NCBI GenBank assembly: GCA_964019425.1
Contig: OZ025782.1
Coordinates: forward strand, 682,001-746,000
Origin: Flectonema sp. DT1601
Lineage: Eukaryota
Length of the DNA stretch: 64,000 bases
Direction: 5' to 3'
Within the stretch, counting starts at the first letter, position 1; each line of letters begins with the position of its first letter. Both the position numbers and the translations under genes were made by a program. Positions 13,101 through 26,034 of the stretch are shown in pieces. The notes beneath the pieces are model-generated. The model worked only from the letters and a program-made list of their open reading frames with translations. It did no database searches and was not told where the DNA came from.

Positions 13101-13963
13101 CAACAGGTTCGCTGTCAGTATCACCTTCCTTAACTGTGTCGGCTGCTAACCCAGTTGAGCACGTATCTCCTGTAGCAGCTGACAAGTATAAACCCAGACA
13201 GTTACCAAAATCTGAAGCGGAATCAGTAGAACTGGAAGTGAAACCCAAACCTATAGTAGTCCCACAACTACTTATTGATGATAATCTGGTTCAGAATCCT
13301 GAGAATGTTACATCACCAACAGAGCCAAGTGTACCAATCTTATCCCCCACATCTGATGGAGATCTATCGGAGTGTAGTGTGATGGATACTTTTAGAGTTA
13401 TTAACGATGTTGGCAACTCAAGTCAGGGTTATTCTCCTGTTCCTCAACTCAACATGGCCAACATTGCCCGAACCCAAAACGTCCTCCGAAAACAGCTGGA
13501 GCAAAGCCTAAACAAGAATGCTGCTAAGGCGCCTGCCCCTCCTATCAAGCCACCAAATAAGAAACCTCTGGGTGGTGCCTTGGCATTTAAACCGAGGATA
13601 GGAGGTGTCGCATTAAAGAATCCATATGATAAGAACAGTTGGAAGAAAAAGCCGAAGGTTCCTACGACATTCGCTCCACACAAGAGGTCGGTGTCACCAA
13701 CATCAGAGGTAGCTCAAAATGGAGCACAAGATGGTAAGAGTACCCCAGATCCAGAGAGGATTAAAAGCCCGCCTCCTGAAAACCGGAGCCCGGGCAGCCA
13801 AGCAGAAGCTAAATCACAGGAAACGCCCGCCCCAGTACCGGTGACGCAACCTGCAAAGGCCATCCCAGTATTCGAACCTCCGGCCAAAAGACGTCCACCA
13901 CCTGCATCTACGCCAAAGAAAGTTGCAAAGGACGGTGGTGGTTGCAACTGCACAATCATGTAA
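10101..13963 (+). CDS. Large Ser/Pro-rich protein (~1235 aa) with AIR9 A9/Ig-like domain(s) and a C-terminal CaaX box; 3 exons
   Basis: Exons 10101-11936, 12009-12116 and 12203-13963 splice in frame (introns 11937-12008 and 12117-12202), merging the 629-aa and 581-aa ORFs. IKGELDVGVIL...WF...TTDLQGKYITCKFRP...G...VGPV resembles A9 repeats; ends GGGCNCTIM*. Confidence 0.8.
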
Positions 13964-15124
13964 GAAGTTTCGCAAATTGTTGCAAACAGACCTCTTTTTT
14001 GCAAGTGAAATATCTTCAAGTAACGCAGCGAGTCTCAACTGCGGGGTTTTTCACTAAAGTAGAAGCGTATTTGACAGGATAAGAAATGTTATTTACGATG
14101 TAACATTCGATGCTTGACAGCTGTTACAAGTGGGAGATAAAAAATAAAAAGATTTTTTTTCCCTCTCCCTTCCCCTTTCCCCGATACCCAATACCATGTG
14201 TTTATACTTGAGAAAAGAAAAAAAAAAAAAGAAAGAAAACAAAATAAAAATTCTGTCCTTGTTCGTTTATGTTTGGTTTTGGATACTTATCGATCACAAT
14301 GTGCTCATCTCGTTATGTTTGTTGGTTCATTGTTGGTTGCTGGTTAATGGTTAATGGGACTTTTTTTTTTTAAATTATTTTTTTTTTATTTATTTTAAAT
14401 TCTCATTCTGCTCGTATTACCCAGGGGAGGTGGCATAGTCTGGAAACATTGACACCCTCTGTTGTGGACGTGTCCTCGGTTTTCCCAAATTATATACAAA
14501 AAAACCGAACTGGTTTTTATTTTTTTTAATCTGAAGGAATGTCAGTACGCGCGAAACCTCGTTCAGTTATAAGTTTGGTTAAAGTGTTCTGATTCCTTTT
14601 TCCCCCCATTCATTTCTTCTTTTTTGTTCATTGCGAACGAAAGTATAAAACAGTTAAAAAGCAGCAAACCTAACAGATTTATTCTTGATTGCTGTACGGT
14701 TGTACTGCTTATCTACAGACTGGATCGTTCGTTGTCAGAGAAGGTGAAAAAACATCTCCTCCAGACTGTTCGTATCTCGTTAAGTGTGGAATTCCTGAAA
14801 TGGTTTTTTTTTTTTTTTTTTTTTTTTGTAGCATTTTCATTACTCTCCTTTTGCTTACTTTCTGTGTTCTTTATTGAATCGGTTACTTTTTTGTTAACTC
14901 GTAGATCATCACGTTGGTTGTATTATTGCCATCGTTTGTCTTCGTACTCCGTGTTTTGGGGGTTCTTAGTTAAATGCTTCCTGGTTGCGTCGGGAAGCAT
15001 CACGCGGTTGTGTTTGTCCATAGCTGAAGTTACCCAACCCTTCCTTTGACCCCTCAAAACATGTTCTTCCTTTGTTGGTGACCGCATTAATTTCTGGTGT
15101 TTTTTTTTTTTTTTTTTTTTTTTT

Positions 15125-15257
15125 GCACCGACGAAGTCGGAGAACAAACTATTCAGATCGAGAGCCGTTTATTTATTATATCGTGTTATCTATTTCCCCC
15201 GCGCTCCAGTAATTCTGTTTGCGATCAACAAAATATAAGGCTTTGTCTGAAAGGTTT
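15125..15257. mobile_element. Dispersed ~135-bp repeat family A, copy 1 (hairpin plus asymmetric inverted repeats)
   Basis: GCACCGAC-gaa-GTCGG...ACTATTCAGAT..AGAGCC...GGCTTTGTCTGAA; homologous to 16897, 54823 and 54968. Confidence 0.75.
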
Positions 15258-16275
15258 TTTTTTAATTATTTTTTTTTTTATTATATTCTTGGTTTCAGAG
15301 TTGACCATATTTTCCTTCCCATCCTCCTCGTGTTAAAAATACAGTAGTCAATCTGTTGTGAGTCAAAACTGTATATTCTTTTTGATTGACTCTCTTTTTT
15401 TTTTTTTTTTTTTTTTGTATTTTTCTCCTCTACTTGCGTATTCACATCGTCTCCAAGAAGCCCCTGCTGCATCAGGCAGGGACATGCATTATTTGCTTTG
15501 TGTAGTTGTTCCTTCCCAAAACGCTCTTCTCTTGTATAAATAACACCGAACAAGTCTCTCTTTGGTTATTTACGATCAACCTGACAATTTGTTGCGCAGT
15601 AACATTGTTTGCCTTTCTCTCTGTCTTTGTTGCGATCCAGAAAAAGAGTTGTCCGGTAGTAATTCCGTCACGTTCCTTTAAGTTTTGTTCTTTGCGAAAG
15701 TGAGGTAAAGTCGAAGGTTTGTGACTCTGTAGTTTATTTATTGTGGGGTCTGTGATTCTTAGGTTTGACACCAGTCGTACTCTAGGTCATGATAATACTT
15801 TGATTTGAATGTCTCTAATCGCTTTTCGTCCATATTTTACATTATAAATTCCATTGGGGACAAGCATTGAATTAAGATACGTTTTTGCTGCTTTTCGGTT
15901 TTTTTTTTTCCTTCTTTTTTTTTTTTTTTTTTTTTTCGTGCTTGAAATTTTGAATTATTAGATGCGGGCAAGTCCCTTGTAACTTTTAAGGAAAGATATC
16001 GTCCGCATCTTTTTTTGTATTTTCAAGTCGACCTTCAAATTGGCTAATATAGAAGCTCCCCCCGTCCTCGAAAAGTTATAAAGAGACCTTGAGGGATATG
16101 TAGTGGTTGACACATATTAACTTGCAGAATAATGCATAAATGATTGCCTGAATTTCTGCCCGTAGAATCCTTACAGCATGTGAAAGACTGTTCGATTGCT
16201 TTAAGTCGAGTTGCGTCTCTCTATTGTACTTCCCCCTACCACTGTGTATCTTCTTCAAGAGAGCGTGCATCTGAC

Positions 16276-16306
<31 letters not shown>

Positions 16307-16896
16307 GGAACAGCTGTGACATAATTTTGGAAAGCATCTTGCTAGCTTCTGTGTAATAATACTTTCAAACTGTTTTATGTTTTTTTTTCTTTGTTTCTTT
16401 TTTTTTTTTTTTTTTTTTTTTGTTGTTTTTCTGATGTGTTCTCCGCAAAGAGTAGTAAGGAGTTTCTGTGACAAACAAAATTAAATCTACTTTTTTGACA
16501 TTTTTTTTTTTCTTTCTCTTCACACCTCGGCGAATGCCAGGAAGCACTGACTTATTAAAAAAAAAAAAAAAAAAAAAAGATGAAATCGTAAACTCAAAAA
16601 CGAACTCTTCGCGTGTTATTTATTTTGTTGATCCTAGGCGAAAAAAGTCGGGATAATATTATATCTGTGACTTTAACTTACAATCAGTGCATCAGTGCCG
16701 AGTATTGTGCCAGCTAGCTGCCAGAATCAGTTGGTTCTTTGCTTGTTCGAAACCAGCACTGAGCAGGGATGCGTTCAATAATTCAACACAATAAAAATAA
16801 TAAAACTTCGTTCTTCAGTTTCACATTTAATATCCTTTCCTATTTGGTCTTCGTATTTATTTTTATATCCCTCTTTTTTTTTTTTTTTTTTTTTTT

Positions 16897-17112
16897 GCAC
16901 CGACTAAAAAGTCGGAAAAAAGAAACTATTCAGATTAAGAGCCGTTTTTATTTATTAGAGATTTTCGCTATTGGGGTGCCTGATAATGTCATTTTTCGCT
17001 GTTCACTCCGTTCAGTCAGTAAAAGAAATTATTTATTAACTTTAATGTTATCTATTTCCCCGTGCGCCAGTAATACTGTCTGCGATCAACAAAATATAAA
17101 GGCTTTATCTGA
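16897..17112. mobile_element. Repeat family A, copy 2 (with an ~80-bp internal insertion)
   Basis: Same 5' and 3' halves as copy 1, separated by extra sequence at about 16960-17040. Confidence 0.75.
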
Positions 17113-18280
17113 TTTTTTTTCTTTTTTTTTTTTTTTGTCCACAACCTTATCAGAAAAAAATTTGTTTAAAGTATTTTCTAAATCGAAGAAATAAAAAAAA
17201 AACAAGAAATAGAGCTATTTATTAATTAAGAAATTTGTAAGTGGCAAAACGCGCTTTTCTTTTTTCGATTTTCGGTTGTTATGTTACGTAGCGATTATTG
17301 CACAGGGGGGGATACCGTTTTGCACGTAGGAAATTACTCCACGTTTTCTTTTATGGAATAAAAATAAACAATAATGGAAGAAGAAGAGAGAAAATAATAA
17401 ACTTGCTATTAGGGTCCGAAAATGTACCACCGACACTTCACAGGTGACGTATTTTGTCTTCAACAGAACTTGTGGTAGACAAGTACGCGCGTGCAAAGTG
17501 GTGAACAGCAGATCACTTTTGATTTGGCATCTTTGGGCTTCCCAATAGCAAATTTTCTCAAAGAGGAAAATGAAAAAAAAAAAAAAAAAGTGACAAAAGC
17601 AACTTGCGGCTCGTTTGAAGTCGTTTTTGCGAATTTTAAGTATAATATTATAATCATAATTTATATTTCTTTTTTTTTTTTTTAAATATTTTCTCTATTT
17701 TCGAGTATTCCTTTTATTGGCAATACCAATTAAAACTTTCACCCACGTGGTGGCGTACCTACAGCCAAGCTGTTCAACCCCTCGTATGTAATTCTTACTT
17801 GTATGTTCAATCACAGCCATATTAGCCCCTTGCTTGGTTCTCAAATATGAAGAGCTTTGAAAAAAAAAAAGAAAAAAAAGAAAAAAAAACCCTTTGTTTA
17901 TTATTGGTGAATATTTTTTTGTTTTCCTTTTTTTTTTTTTTTTTTTTTTGTACTATTCTACCAGAGGAAAATCCCTGTGTGAAGGGAAAAAAATAAATAA
18001 TTTGATAATCTTTCTCTGTGGTCAGTGCATCTCTTGTTTTTTTTTTTTTTTTTTTTTGAGAAGTGTTTTTTTTTCCCCATTCCTTGCGCCAGAAGTAGTA
18101 TCGCGGTAACTACAGCTCTTGTCTCTACTCTACTGCTATTGTTGTGCAGATGTCATAAAGACGTTAATCAAGATACTTGTCTCCAGATTATTTCTCATTA
18201 TGAGAAACATATGATACACATTACTATCAATTAGGGTTAGTTGTCGTTTATTATATTATAACAGATTAACTTAATACAAT

Positions 18281-20065
18281 ATGGTCGTTAAGATGAGTCA
18301 AGAAATCTTAATAGATCAAAAATGGAAGGAAACAGAACATGAGGTAAAGAATCTACAAGCAACGCTTTCGCTAAAAACAAGAGCGCAGGAGACTGCGATA
18401 GCACCAGTTTTGAGAATGAGAACAGCGATGAAGGGATTATTAACACTTGGAAGTGGGAAGAAGAGAAGCAAAGCAGATTCAGCGAAACTAGCCGAAGACT
18501 TAGAAACAGCCCTTGCGCAAGTTGATGCATTGCAAGCTACGTTCACGGAGAAGGAATCTCTTTGGCAACGACTTCTTGATAAAAAAAATGATCAACTCCT
18601 GCTGTCAATGAAACGCGAACAATCATCAACTGTGAAGCTTCGCACTAAAATAAAAGAACTTGCTGTGACAATGGAAGTACAACAAGCTGACAACCAACAA
18701 CTTGAACAATTCATCCAAGACAAGGAGAATGAAATAAAGGAATACTCAAATGTCCTTGGCTACAAACTACGTGCATTAGGTACCCGACCAGAGACACAAG
18801 TTAGTTCTGAAACAATTCAAAACGCTGGTAACACTCAGCACATCTCATCACTTGGTGATGAGTTATTAGTTCAACTTCAGAATGATAGCAAAGAACTTGC
18901 AGAACAACTTCAACAAAGTAAGGGCGTAGAAGTTGTTGTAGATCACAAATACCAACCTCCTCCTCCTCCTCCTCCAGAAGAAAAACTAAAAGAGAAAGTA
19001 CCAGAAAAGATAATCCCTTCTGAGGTTATAAAATCATTATTAGAATCGAATGGGTTTCAGTCTCTCTTAGAAATGATTGTTACTCAGTGTAGTGGACTTG
19101 ATAGACAGTTAAGTGAGACAGCTCTCTCTTCTATTAATTCTGATCCTTCATTACAAACTAATCAGGGATCTGATTCAGATAATTTAAGACTCGTCGCTGC
19201 AGCACTTGAGTTTAGACTAGCCGCTCAACGTAACCTCGTATTGAAGTTGAGAGAATCACAATTAGAGAAATCCCGTGCCATCGAAAAGCAACGAAGCAAT
19301 CGCATCGCTGCCTTAGCCAGAAGTGTTGTTCAAGAACAGAAATCGAATGATAATAATTCCACTGTAAGGGTAAAGTCAGAGATGACTGCTGAGGATAGCA
19401 TTGTTCAAAATAATGATCAAGAAAACACTCAACTAGATAGTTCAGTGTTAGACTCCCCAGTGTTACCTGAAACGGATTCTTCAAAAGAACAGCAGCAGCC
19501 CGACATTCAACCAGACAAAAAAACCAAACTTGCTCCAAAACTTCCAAAAACCAAACTGCTTCCTGAAAACCCACATCAAACGAGTTCCGAAAGCGAAACT
19601 GAAACTTTTTCTGAAGAACGAAACCAGCTACAGTCGAAAGTCGATTGCTTGCTGATGGAGCTTGCTTCCCTCCGTCCATGTGAACACTGCGGTAAGCGTG
19701 CTGCTGCAAAGAAATTGCGTAATTCAATAGTTGGAAGTAAATCACATAATACTCAAATAATTCAGACAGAAAGAAAACTTTCCTCTCTTCTTCCAGGCGG
19801 CAAGCCAAGTTTTCAAGCTACTAGAGAATTCAACTTTTCTCGTCTTAGTAACCTTCCTATTTTAGTAGATGTCCGTGGGCATGTTGTTAAAGACAAGGAA
19901 CGCGGTGTTAAACATGATTTTTATGAAAACTTTACTCCTTGTCCTCCCCCAGAGCGATCCGGAGGAGGTGGTGCTGGTCCTCGGAGAGCTCCACAAGGGG
20001 GAGCTCCATCTTTGCCGAATGTTCCTTGTAAGTTTGCTATTACTACATTCGAAATGTCAGTGTAG
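18281..20065 (+). CDS. Coiled-coil protein of unknown function (594 aa)
   Basis: Long ORF with E/K/Q/L heptads, a poly-P stretch and a CEHC motif; acceptor AACAG ends at 18264. Confidence 0.85.
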   Translation: MVVKMSQEILIDQKWKETEHEVKNLQATLSLKTRAQETAIAPVLRMRTAMKGLLTLGSGKKRSKADSAKLAEDLETALAQVDALQATFTEKESLWQRLLDKKNDQLLLSMKREQSSTVKLRTKIKELAVTMEVQQADNQQLEQFIQDKENEIKEYSNVLGYKLRALGTRPETQVSSETIQNAGNTQHISSLGDELLVQLQNDSKELAEQLQQSKGVEVVVDHKYQPPPPPPPEEKLKEKVPEKIIPSEVIKSLLESNGFQSLLEMIVTQCSGLDRQLSETALSSINSDPSLQTNQGSDSDNLRLVAAALEFRLAAQRNLVLKLRESQLEKSRAIEKQRSNRIAALARSVVQEQKSNDNNSTVRVKSEMTAEDSIVQNNDQENTQLDSSVLDSPVLPETDSSKEQQQPDIQPDKKTKLAPKLPKTKLLPENPHQTSSESETETFSEERNQLQSKVDCLLMELASLRPCEHCGKRAAAKKLRNSIVGSKSHNTQIIQTERKLSSLLPGGKPSFQATREFNFSRLSNLPILVDVRGHVVKDKERGVKHDFYENFTPCPPPERSGGGGAGPRRAPQGGAPSLPNVPCKFAITTFEMSV

Positions 20066-20494
20066 CGGCCGTGGTACACGCAGAGACCCCTCTGTTTATT
20101 ATTTGTTATATCCTGCTCTTTTCGTATCTCTTAGTGCCTTTTCGTTTTTATCTGTAAAAGTTTACATGTGATATGTCTCTTTATATCCGCTGATTTGATT
20201 TTTTTTTTTTTTTTTATATTTTTATTCTCCTCCGCAATCATTTACACGTTTGTTCGAGTTTTTTTTTTTTCGTTGTTTGCAATATTCAGTTTTAGTGGTT
20301 TTATCCAATTTTTTTTTTCTCCTATCAAAAACAGCTTACACCTTACAAAATTACGAAAGGGGGGAGGGAAAGAAAAAAAAGAACGGCTTTCCGCTTGCTA
20401 TTTTAAACAATTATTGTCATATGCAATAAATACATTTTTTAAATTTAAAAAAAAAAGTGGGGGAGAGGATATCTTTTTGGGTGCATATTACAAT

Positions 20495-20911
20495 ATGAAT
20501 CAGCACCTTGAGGATCAGCTTGAATTGCTTGCAGCTCGGGTAGCAGAGAAAGAGGAGCAGGTCGTTCAATTAGAAGAGGATGTTGTTAGATTGTGTAACT
20601 CTGAAGGATCATTACAAGAAGACATCTCGTCAAGGGATAGGCTGATATCAGAATTGAGAAACAAGATCGAATTCATGGAAGTTAATAATAAATCCCGTGA
20701 ACTATTACTCGAAGCTGAGAATGAAAAACTTCGATCTGAGCTGAGACAACACACGCCACTCTCACCAAAATCACAGCGTTCAATTCACTCCCCACATTCT
20801 TCTGTCAGACGTGCTATTACTACTGATGACCACAATGTAAATAATATCCAAGGTATAATTGACAGTGCTAGAGATGCTTTATTACGAGCTAATGAGATGA
20901 CTAGCCATTAA
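20495..20911 (+). CDS. Small coiled-coil protein (138 aa)
   Basis: Likely start is MNQHLEDQLELLAARVAEKEEQ; the upstream part of the track ORF is poly-T noise. Confidence 0.75.
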   Translation: MNQHLEDQLELLAARVAEKEEQVVQLEEDVVRLCNSEGSLQEDISSRDRLISELRNKIEFMEVNNKSRELLLEAENEKLRSELRQHTPLSPKSQRSIHSPHSSVRRAITTDDHNVNNIQGIIDSARDALLRANEMTSH

Positions 20912-20992
20912 TAGAAATCCTATCTTTCTGCTTCTGTTTGTATGTGATCACTTTACTGATTACCAATATTGTGCTTCTTGAGCTTGATGATG

Positions 20993-21028
<36 letters not shown>

Positions 21029-21212
21029 GGATTTTGAAAAAAGCAGTAGCTGGCGTTTGTGCCAGAAAAGTATTCTTTTTTTTTTTTTTATTTATTTTTT
21101 TGTCCCCCTTGTAGTCGATTTGTTTAACTTAGTCGAGTCTCTTTATTATTTTAAGCAGCATCGATTAGTTTGTTATATGTCCTCATCTCTGCAGTATCAT
21201 TCTGCCAATAAT

Positions 21213-24200
21213 ATGATGTACCGAAACGATAGCAATGATGAAGACCACTGGACAAGAGAATCAACCAATAGCACGAAGACGAGTAACACTTTCAATGGTA
21301 GAAACAGTCGAAGTAATCAGGTCAGTGACAGTCCAAAAATAATGAGAGAATGTAAAAAAATAGAAAAAAAATTATCGGAAGCGAAGAATAAACAAGACCA
21401 TGATATAGTAACTGACTTAAGACAATCTCTAAGAGGAAGATACGAAACTTTATTACTAAACGATCCCGAATACTGTACAAAAAATTCACTTGATACCAAG
21501 CTATGGAGGATTGTATTCTACGCTGCTATAACTGAATACAAACATAATCGTAAAACACGTCCGATGGAAAACAATAGACTACTTCGATTTATTGACGAAT
21601 CCATGGCCTTCTATGAAGTTTTATTAGAAAAATTAAACACTAAAATGTCACAACACCAATTAAAACAATATCATCAAAGCTACAATCGAACTTGCAGTAA
21701 TATGCAAATACACTTAGGTGACCTTGCTAGATACAGAGAAATGTATACAGAAGACGAAACTAAAGATTGGGACATTGCTATTGGTTGGTACCAATCGAGT
21801 TTAGATACGTTACCAAGAAATGGAAATGCTCACAATCAGTTAGCAGTACTCGCTTACTATGATAATAATATATTAGAATCTGTTTATCGTTATTACAGAG
21901 CACTGGCTAGTAAAGAGCCTTTCTTAGCTGCCAGGGATAATTTAATTGAATTTTTTGAAAGACTTCAAAGGTCAGTAGCAGTTCCATCTCAGAGAGTCTC
22001 ACCATCAGCAGACTCATGGGATGCTGTCGCTACTGCTGGTGCGGGTCAAGATACTGATTTCTTAGCTCGATTTACGAACTATCAATTAAGACTTCACGGA
22101 ATGCTATTTACCCAGATTGGTCTTGAAGGTTACTACGCAACTCTAGATATAGTCGCAGCAATGTATAAAATAATTTGTCTTGAACTTATTCAAAACAGCA
22201 GTCGCCGAGAAGAAACCAGCTGCATGCTAATGAAATTAATGACTATGGGTATATTCGCTGTTGAAAACTGCAGCTATCGACCAGAAGGCTACACAGTATC
22301 TGATGGTGATGAAGAACGAACTAATACGCTAAGAGTGATGGCAATGAGACAGACGTTTAGTTTATGGGTTGCTCTGATTGATGTAAAATGTTATGAAGAA
22401 CCAGCTTCAATGATATTTCTAAACTGGTTGGCTTCAGATGATGGTCCTTTATCGATCTTATTATCTTCTGTTGATGAGGGGGCATTCTTTTCTCGATTAG
22501 TTGATGTTTTTAACAGCTTGTCTGCAACACAGCCTGTGACTCCAGGAGCATCTGATATCACACCTGAAGATAAGTTGCTTTACGGCTTCACATATCTTTC
22601 TCCTTGGGGATCGGTACACCCTTTGTCAAAAAAGATTGTAACATCTAACATTGCTATCCTCACGGCACTCAGAATTAAGAGAGTTCAGCCTCTTATTAAA
22701 TTATCGTTATCAAGAGATTACTTAGAGCAACATGAACTGTTGGTTCGTAGTACTATTGCTTATAAAAAAAAACCTGGCTTCACTGTTGAAATCGGACCTA
22801 ATAGTGTAGGAATACAACAGCAGCAGCAGCAACAGCAACAACAGCAACAACAACAACACCAGCAACAGCAACAACAAGAACAACAACAGCAACACCGTGA
22901 TCAGCGTAGAGGTAAGAATCAAAGAGATGTATCTCAAGGAGGTTATCGAGGAATTCATAAGAAAGATTCTCAACAAGGTAACGCACGTTCTGGGAAGGGA
23001 GGTGCAATCAAGGGACAGAAAAACGGTGCTCAATCCACTAATTCCAGCCCCGCGAATAACTCAAATACTCCTGACGTACCGCCACAGCAGCTTTCTGGAA
23101 AAGGGAGAACTTCTGGTAAGTTGAGTGCTGCTACCTACAAACAAGAAAATCAACTGGGAAGTAAAGGTAGAAAAGGTAAAGAATCATCTTTCGACAGAGG
23201 TACCGGAGGCAAATCTCACAAAAGAAACGTCGACAGTTATTATGCCCCTCCAGAAGTTAACAACGGTGGGAAACACAGTGGCGGAAGCTATACCGCACAG
23301 GAACTCCAGAATCCATATCACAACGGTGGGTCACAATATCATACAACAGCAAGTAGTCAATACACTACCAGTAGTATTCCTCCATTGCAAGACGACTTCA
23401 GTTTCAGTGGTGGAAAACACGGAAAAGGAGCCTCCAACAGCGGCAGCAGCAACAACAACAACAACAACTACAACTACAGCAGCAACAACAATAATAACAC
23501 CAATAACAGCAGCAACAACAATAATAACACCAATAACAGCAGCAACAACAACAGCAACAGCAACAGCAACAACAGCAACAACAACAAGCACAATCAAGAT
23601 AGTTGGCATGCTGAACCTGATAATCGACGTAGTGATTTTGGAACAGCTATTGCATCCCGAAGATCACAATCAGATTCTGAGGTATGTAAAAGTGTTAATT
23701 ATTTAATAGAAGTTACTAATATCAATAATTATAATTACTTACAACCAATACCATCAACAGGATGAAGTTCTACACCTAAAACCCGGTCAGCTGAATAACG
23801 ATCGACCGTCTACAATGAGACAGAAGCAGCAGGCTCCTCGGTTTCAGTTTTTGCAGCAGACTGCTTCTGCGCCTCCAACATTGCAGCATGTGACTCCTCC
23901 GCTTCAACCGCAGCCACCGCCGCCTGGGTTTTTGGGACAGCAACCTGTTCATCAAAATAGTGATATTGACATTGGAAGTATGCTTCAAGGATTTGATGTG
24001 GGTGGAATTAGTCAATTGACTCTCTCTCAAGTTAATCATATGTTACCAGTTGATTTAATGAATTTCAGTCAAACACAATCAGTTCATCAACAGGGTCATG
24101 TACATACGAGGTCTGAGGGTGATCCTTGGTCTTACCAGCAACCACACCAACCAACTCCTCAGTACAGTCAAAGTAAGGTGCCGTCTGCTTACTTGTACAA

Positions 24201-24258
24201 CACACTTAATGTAAATCCTCAGATTCACCAATCACAGCACTCGGGTTGGAATTCATAA
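21213..24258 (+). CDS. SMG7: SMG5/6/7 (EST1-family 14-3-3-like) NMD factor, SMG7-like (no PIN domain seen); 2 exons
   Basis: Motifs LWRIVFY, LGDLARYRE, PRNGNAHNQLAVLA, YRYYRALASKEPFLAARDNL. Intron 23682-23760 joins in frame to DEVLHLKP...SGWNS*. Q/N/G/P-rich tail; acceptor CTGCAG ends at 21194. Confidence 0.85.
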
Positions 24259-24289
24259 CTCACTTAGACTGCTATGAGTATTGTAATAC

Positions 24290-24322
<33 letters not shown>

Positions 24323-24981
24323 GACTTAAGAAAGGATGATGAAAGAAAAACGAAAAAATTTTTTTAAAAAAAAGATTGAGATGTGGCTCATGAACACAGC
24401 AAGGCTACTATGCGGGATTTATACCCCTGATTGTGCTTCATTGTGGTTTAAATCTTTTTTATTATATCGGTACGATCCTCTTTGAAAGAAAAGGATTAAC
24501 CGTTGTGGGAGATATTTCCTTTCCTTTCTCGTGTTTTTATTCTTTCGGTCTTGTTCGCTTCAGTTTTTTTTAGCATCAGTTGATTATTTATTTTTATTTT
24601 TTTTTGTTTCCCTTTTTCCAGTTCTTATTCAGTTTCCTGCTATTGTTACTTTTGACGCTCAATTACCTTAAATTTCTTTTTTTGTTTGGTGAATATTGCT
24701 GAACATGTTGATGAGGATTGCTGTGAGATTTGTCAACTGTTTTTTGAAAAGCAACGGAAATAGTGCGCATGAATATTTCCGTATGCTGCCTCAACGAATT
24801 TACTTTTTTTTGATTTTTTTTTTTTTTTATTGTTTGCAAAAAGGAAATAGTCTGAAAAAAGGTCTCTCTATATCGGGTGACATATTTTAGCTCTTCGCCG
24901 CTAAATGTAAAAAAAAAAAAAGTAAAGTATTTTTATATAAACAACTCTACCTACTTAATATCAATAGAAACTGATAACAAT

Positions 24982-26034
24982 ATGGTTTCTCAAGGTCCGA
25001 TGGACCCGTCACTTCTGTTGGTACCAACAGGAACAGAAGTATTAGGGTACGCTTCGGTAAGAGATAATAGAACTAGTAAACAAAGGGTAATCATAGTCAA
25101 CAGACTCCACTTAATGATTGGTGACAGAGGGATGAAAGTCAGCGATCAGATATTGATTGGTGACATTGGTGGGACTATCGTCAGGGGAAAAGATGGTCTT
25201 GAAATCCAACTACCAGGAAGGACACTCGACTTAACATGGCAGCATCCATTCAGTCATGAGAATGGAGGAATAGCAGGCATCATTGATGACTTATTACAAG
25301 ACAGAGAAGGAAGGTACAGAAACCCTCGACTTCAATCATCACCTCCTCAACAAGAACAACGACACCAACAACATCAAAGTGACGGAACTTCTACTAAAAG
25401 ACTTGCTGTCCCATTAGTAATACTCACAAAGCCCAGGTATATACCGAAGGAGATTCTTTGGCCTCAGGTACCTGACCCTGTTGAGTTAGCATTTTGGGAT
25501 AACTACACCAATCAAATCTGCGGCTATCAGCCTAAAGTACCGTGTAATGTTTCTAAAGCAGCAGCTTACTTCCATGCTTACTTAGAAACATATAATGTAA
25601 AGATGAAGATATCATTCCCAGGGATGAAGTCTGTTAGGTTCTTGTGTTCACAACTATTTCATGATCAGGTAGTTCATTTGACGAGGATGTGTAATTCTAC
25701 GGAAGGTAATAATGTTTCAATATCGACGTCTTCAGTAGTTGATATTCAGATGCCTTATTCTGATTGGGAAAGCTACGTCTCATCTTGGAATCAAAGTCAA
25801 AATCTACAACGATCAGTATACGTGTCTTCCGTTGAATATGATCGTTCAAAAGCAGCTGCTTCTTCATCATCTGGTGCTGTGCCATCAACAGCATCAGATA
25901 TTCCTCATATGGACAACCAATTAATACCACAGTATCAACCTCAGAGTCACTTTAATCAACCTCAGCAGAGGGGGGGCATGCCACATCACTGGACTCCACC
26001 AAAGCAGCCTCGAGGTGTTTATGGTAAAATATAA
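24982..26034 (+). CDS. Hypothetical protein with an N-terminal PH-like domain
   Basis: Start MVSQGP; pattern QRVIIVNRLHLMIGD..KVSDQILIGDIGGTIV resembles PH/myosin-TH1-like folds. Confidence 0.75.
   Translation: MVSQGPMDPSLLLVPTGTEVLGYASVRDNRTSKQRVIIVNRLHLMIGDRGMKVSDQILIGDIGGTIVRGKDGLEIQLPGRTLDLTWQHPFSHENGGIAGIIDDLLQDREGRYRNPRLQSSPPQQEQRHQQHQSDGTSTKRLAVPLVILTKPRYIPKEILWPQVPDPVELAFWDNYTNQICGYQPKVPCNVSKAAAYFHAYLETYNVKMKISFPGMKSVRFLCSQLFHDQVVHLTRMCNSTEGNNVSISTSSVVDIQMPYSDWESYVSSWNQSQNLQRSVYVSSVEYDRSKAAASSSSGAVPSTASDIPHMDNQLIPQYQPQSHFNQPQQRGGMPHHWTPPKQPRGVYGKI

Noticed and set aside
17739..17760. CACCCACGTGGTG, resembling part of the ingi/L1Tc Pr77 signature
   Set aside because: Only ~10 nt similar; the other ribozyme helices are not evident.
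18231..18240. TTAGGGTTAG telomere-like motif (similar singles near 31465 and 54151)
   Set aside because: Fewer than two full units; expected by chance.
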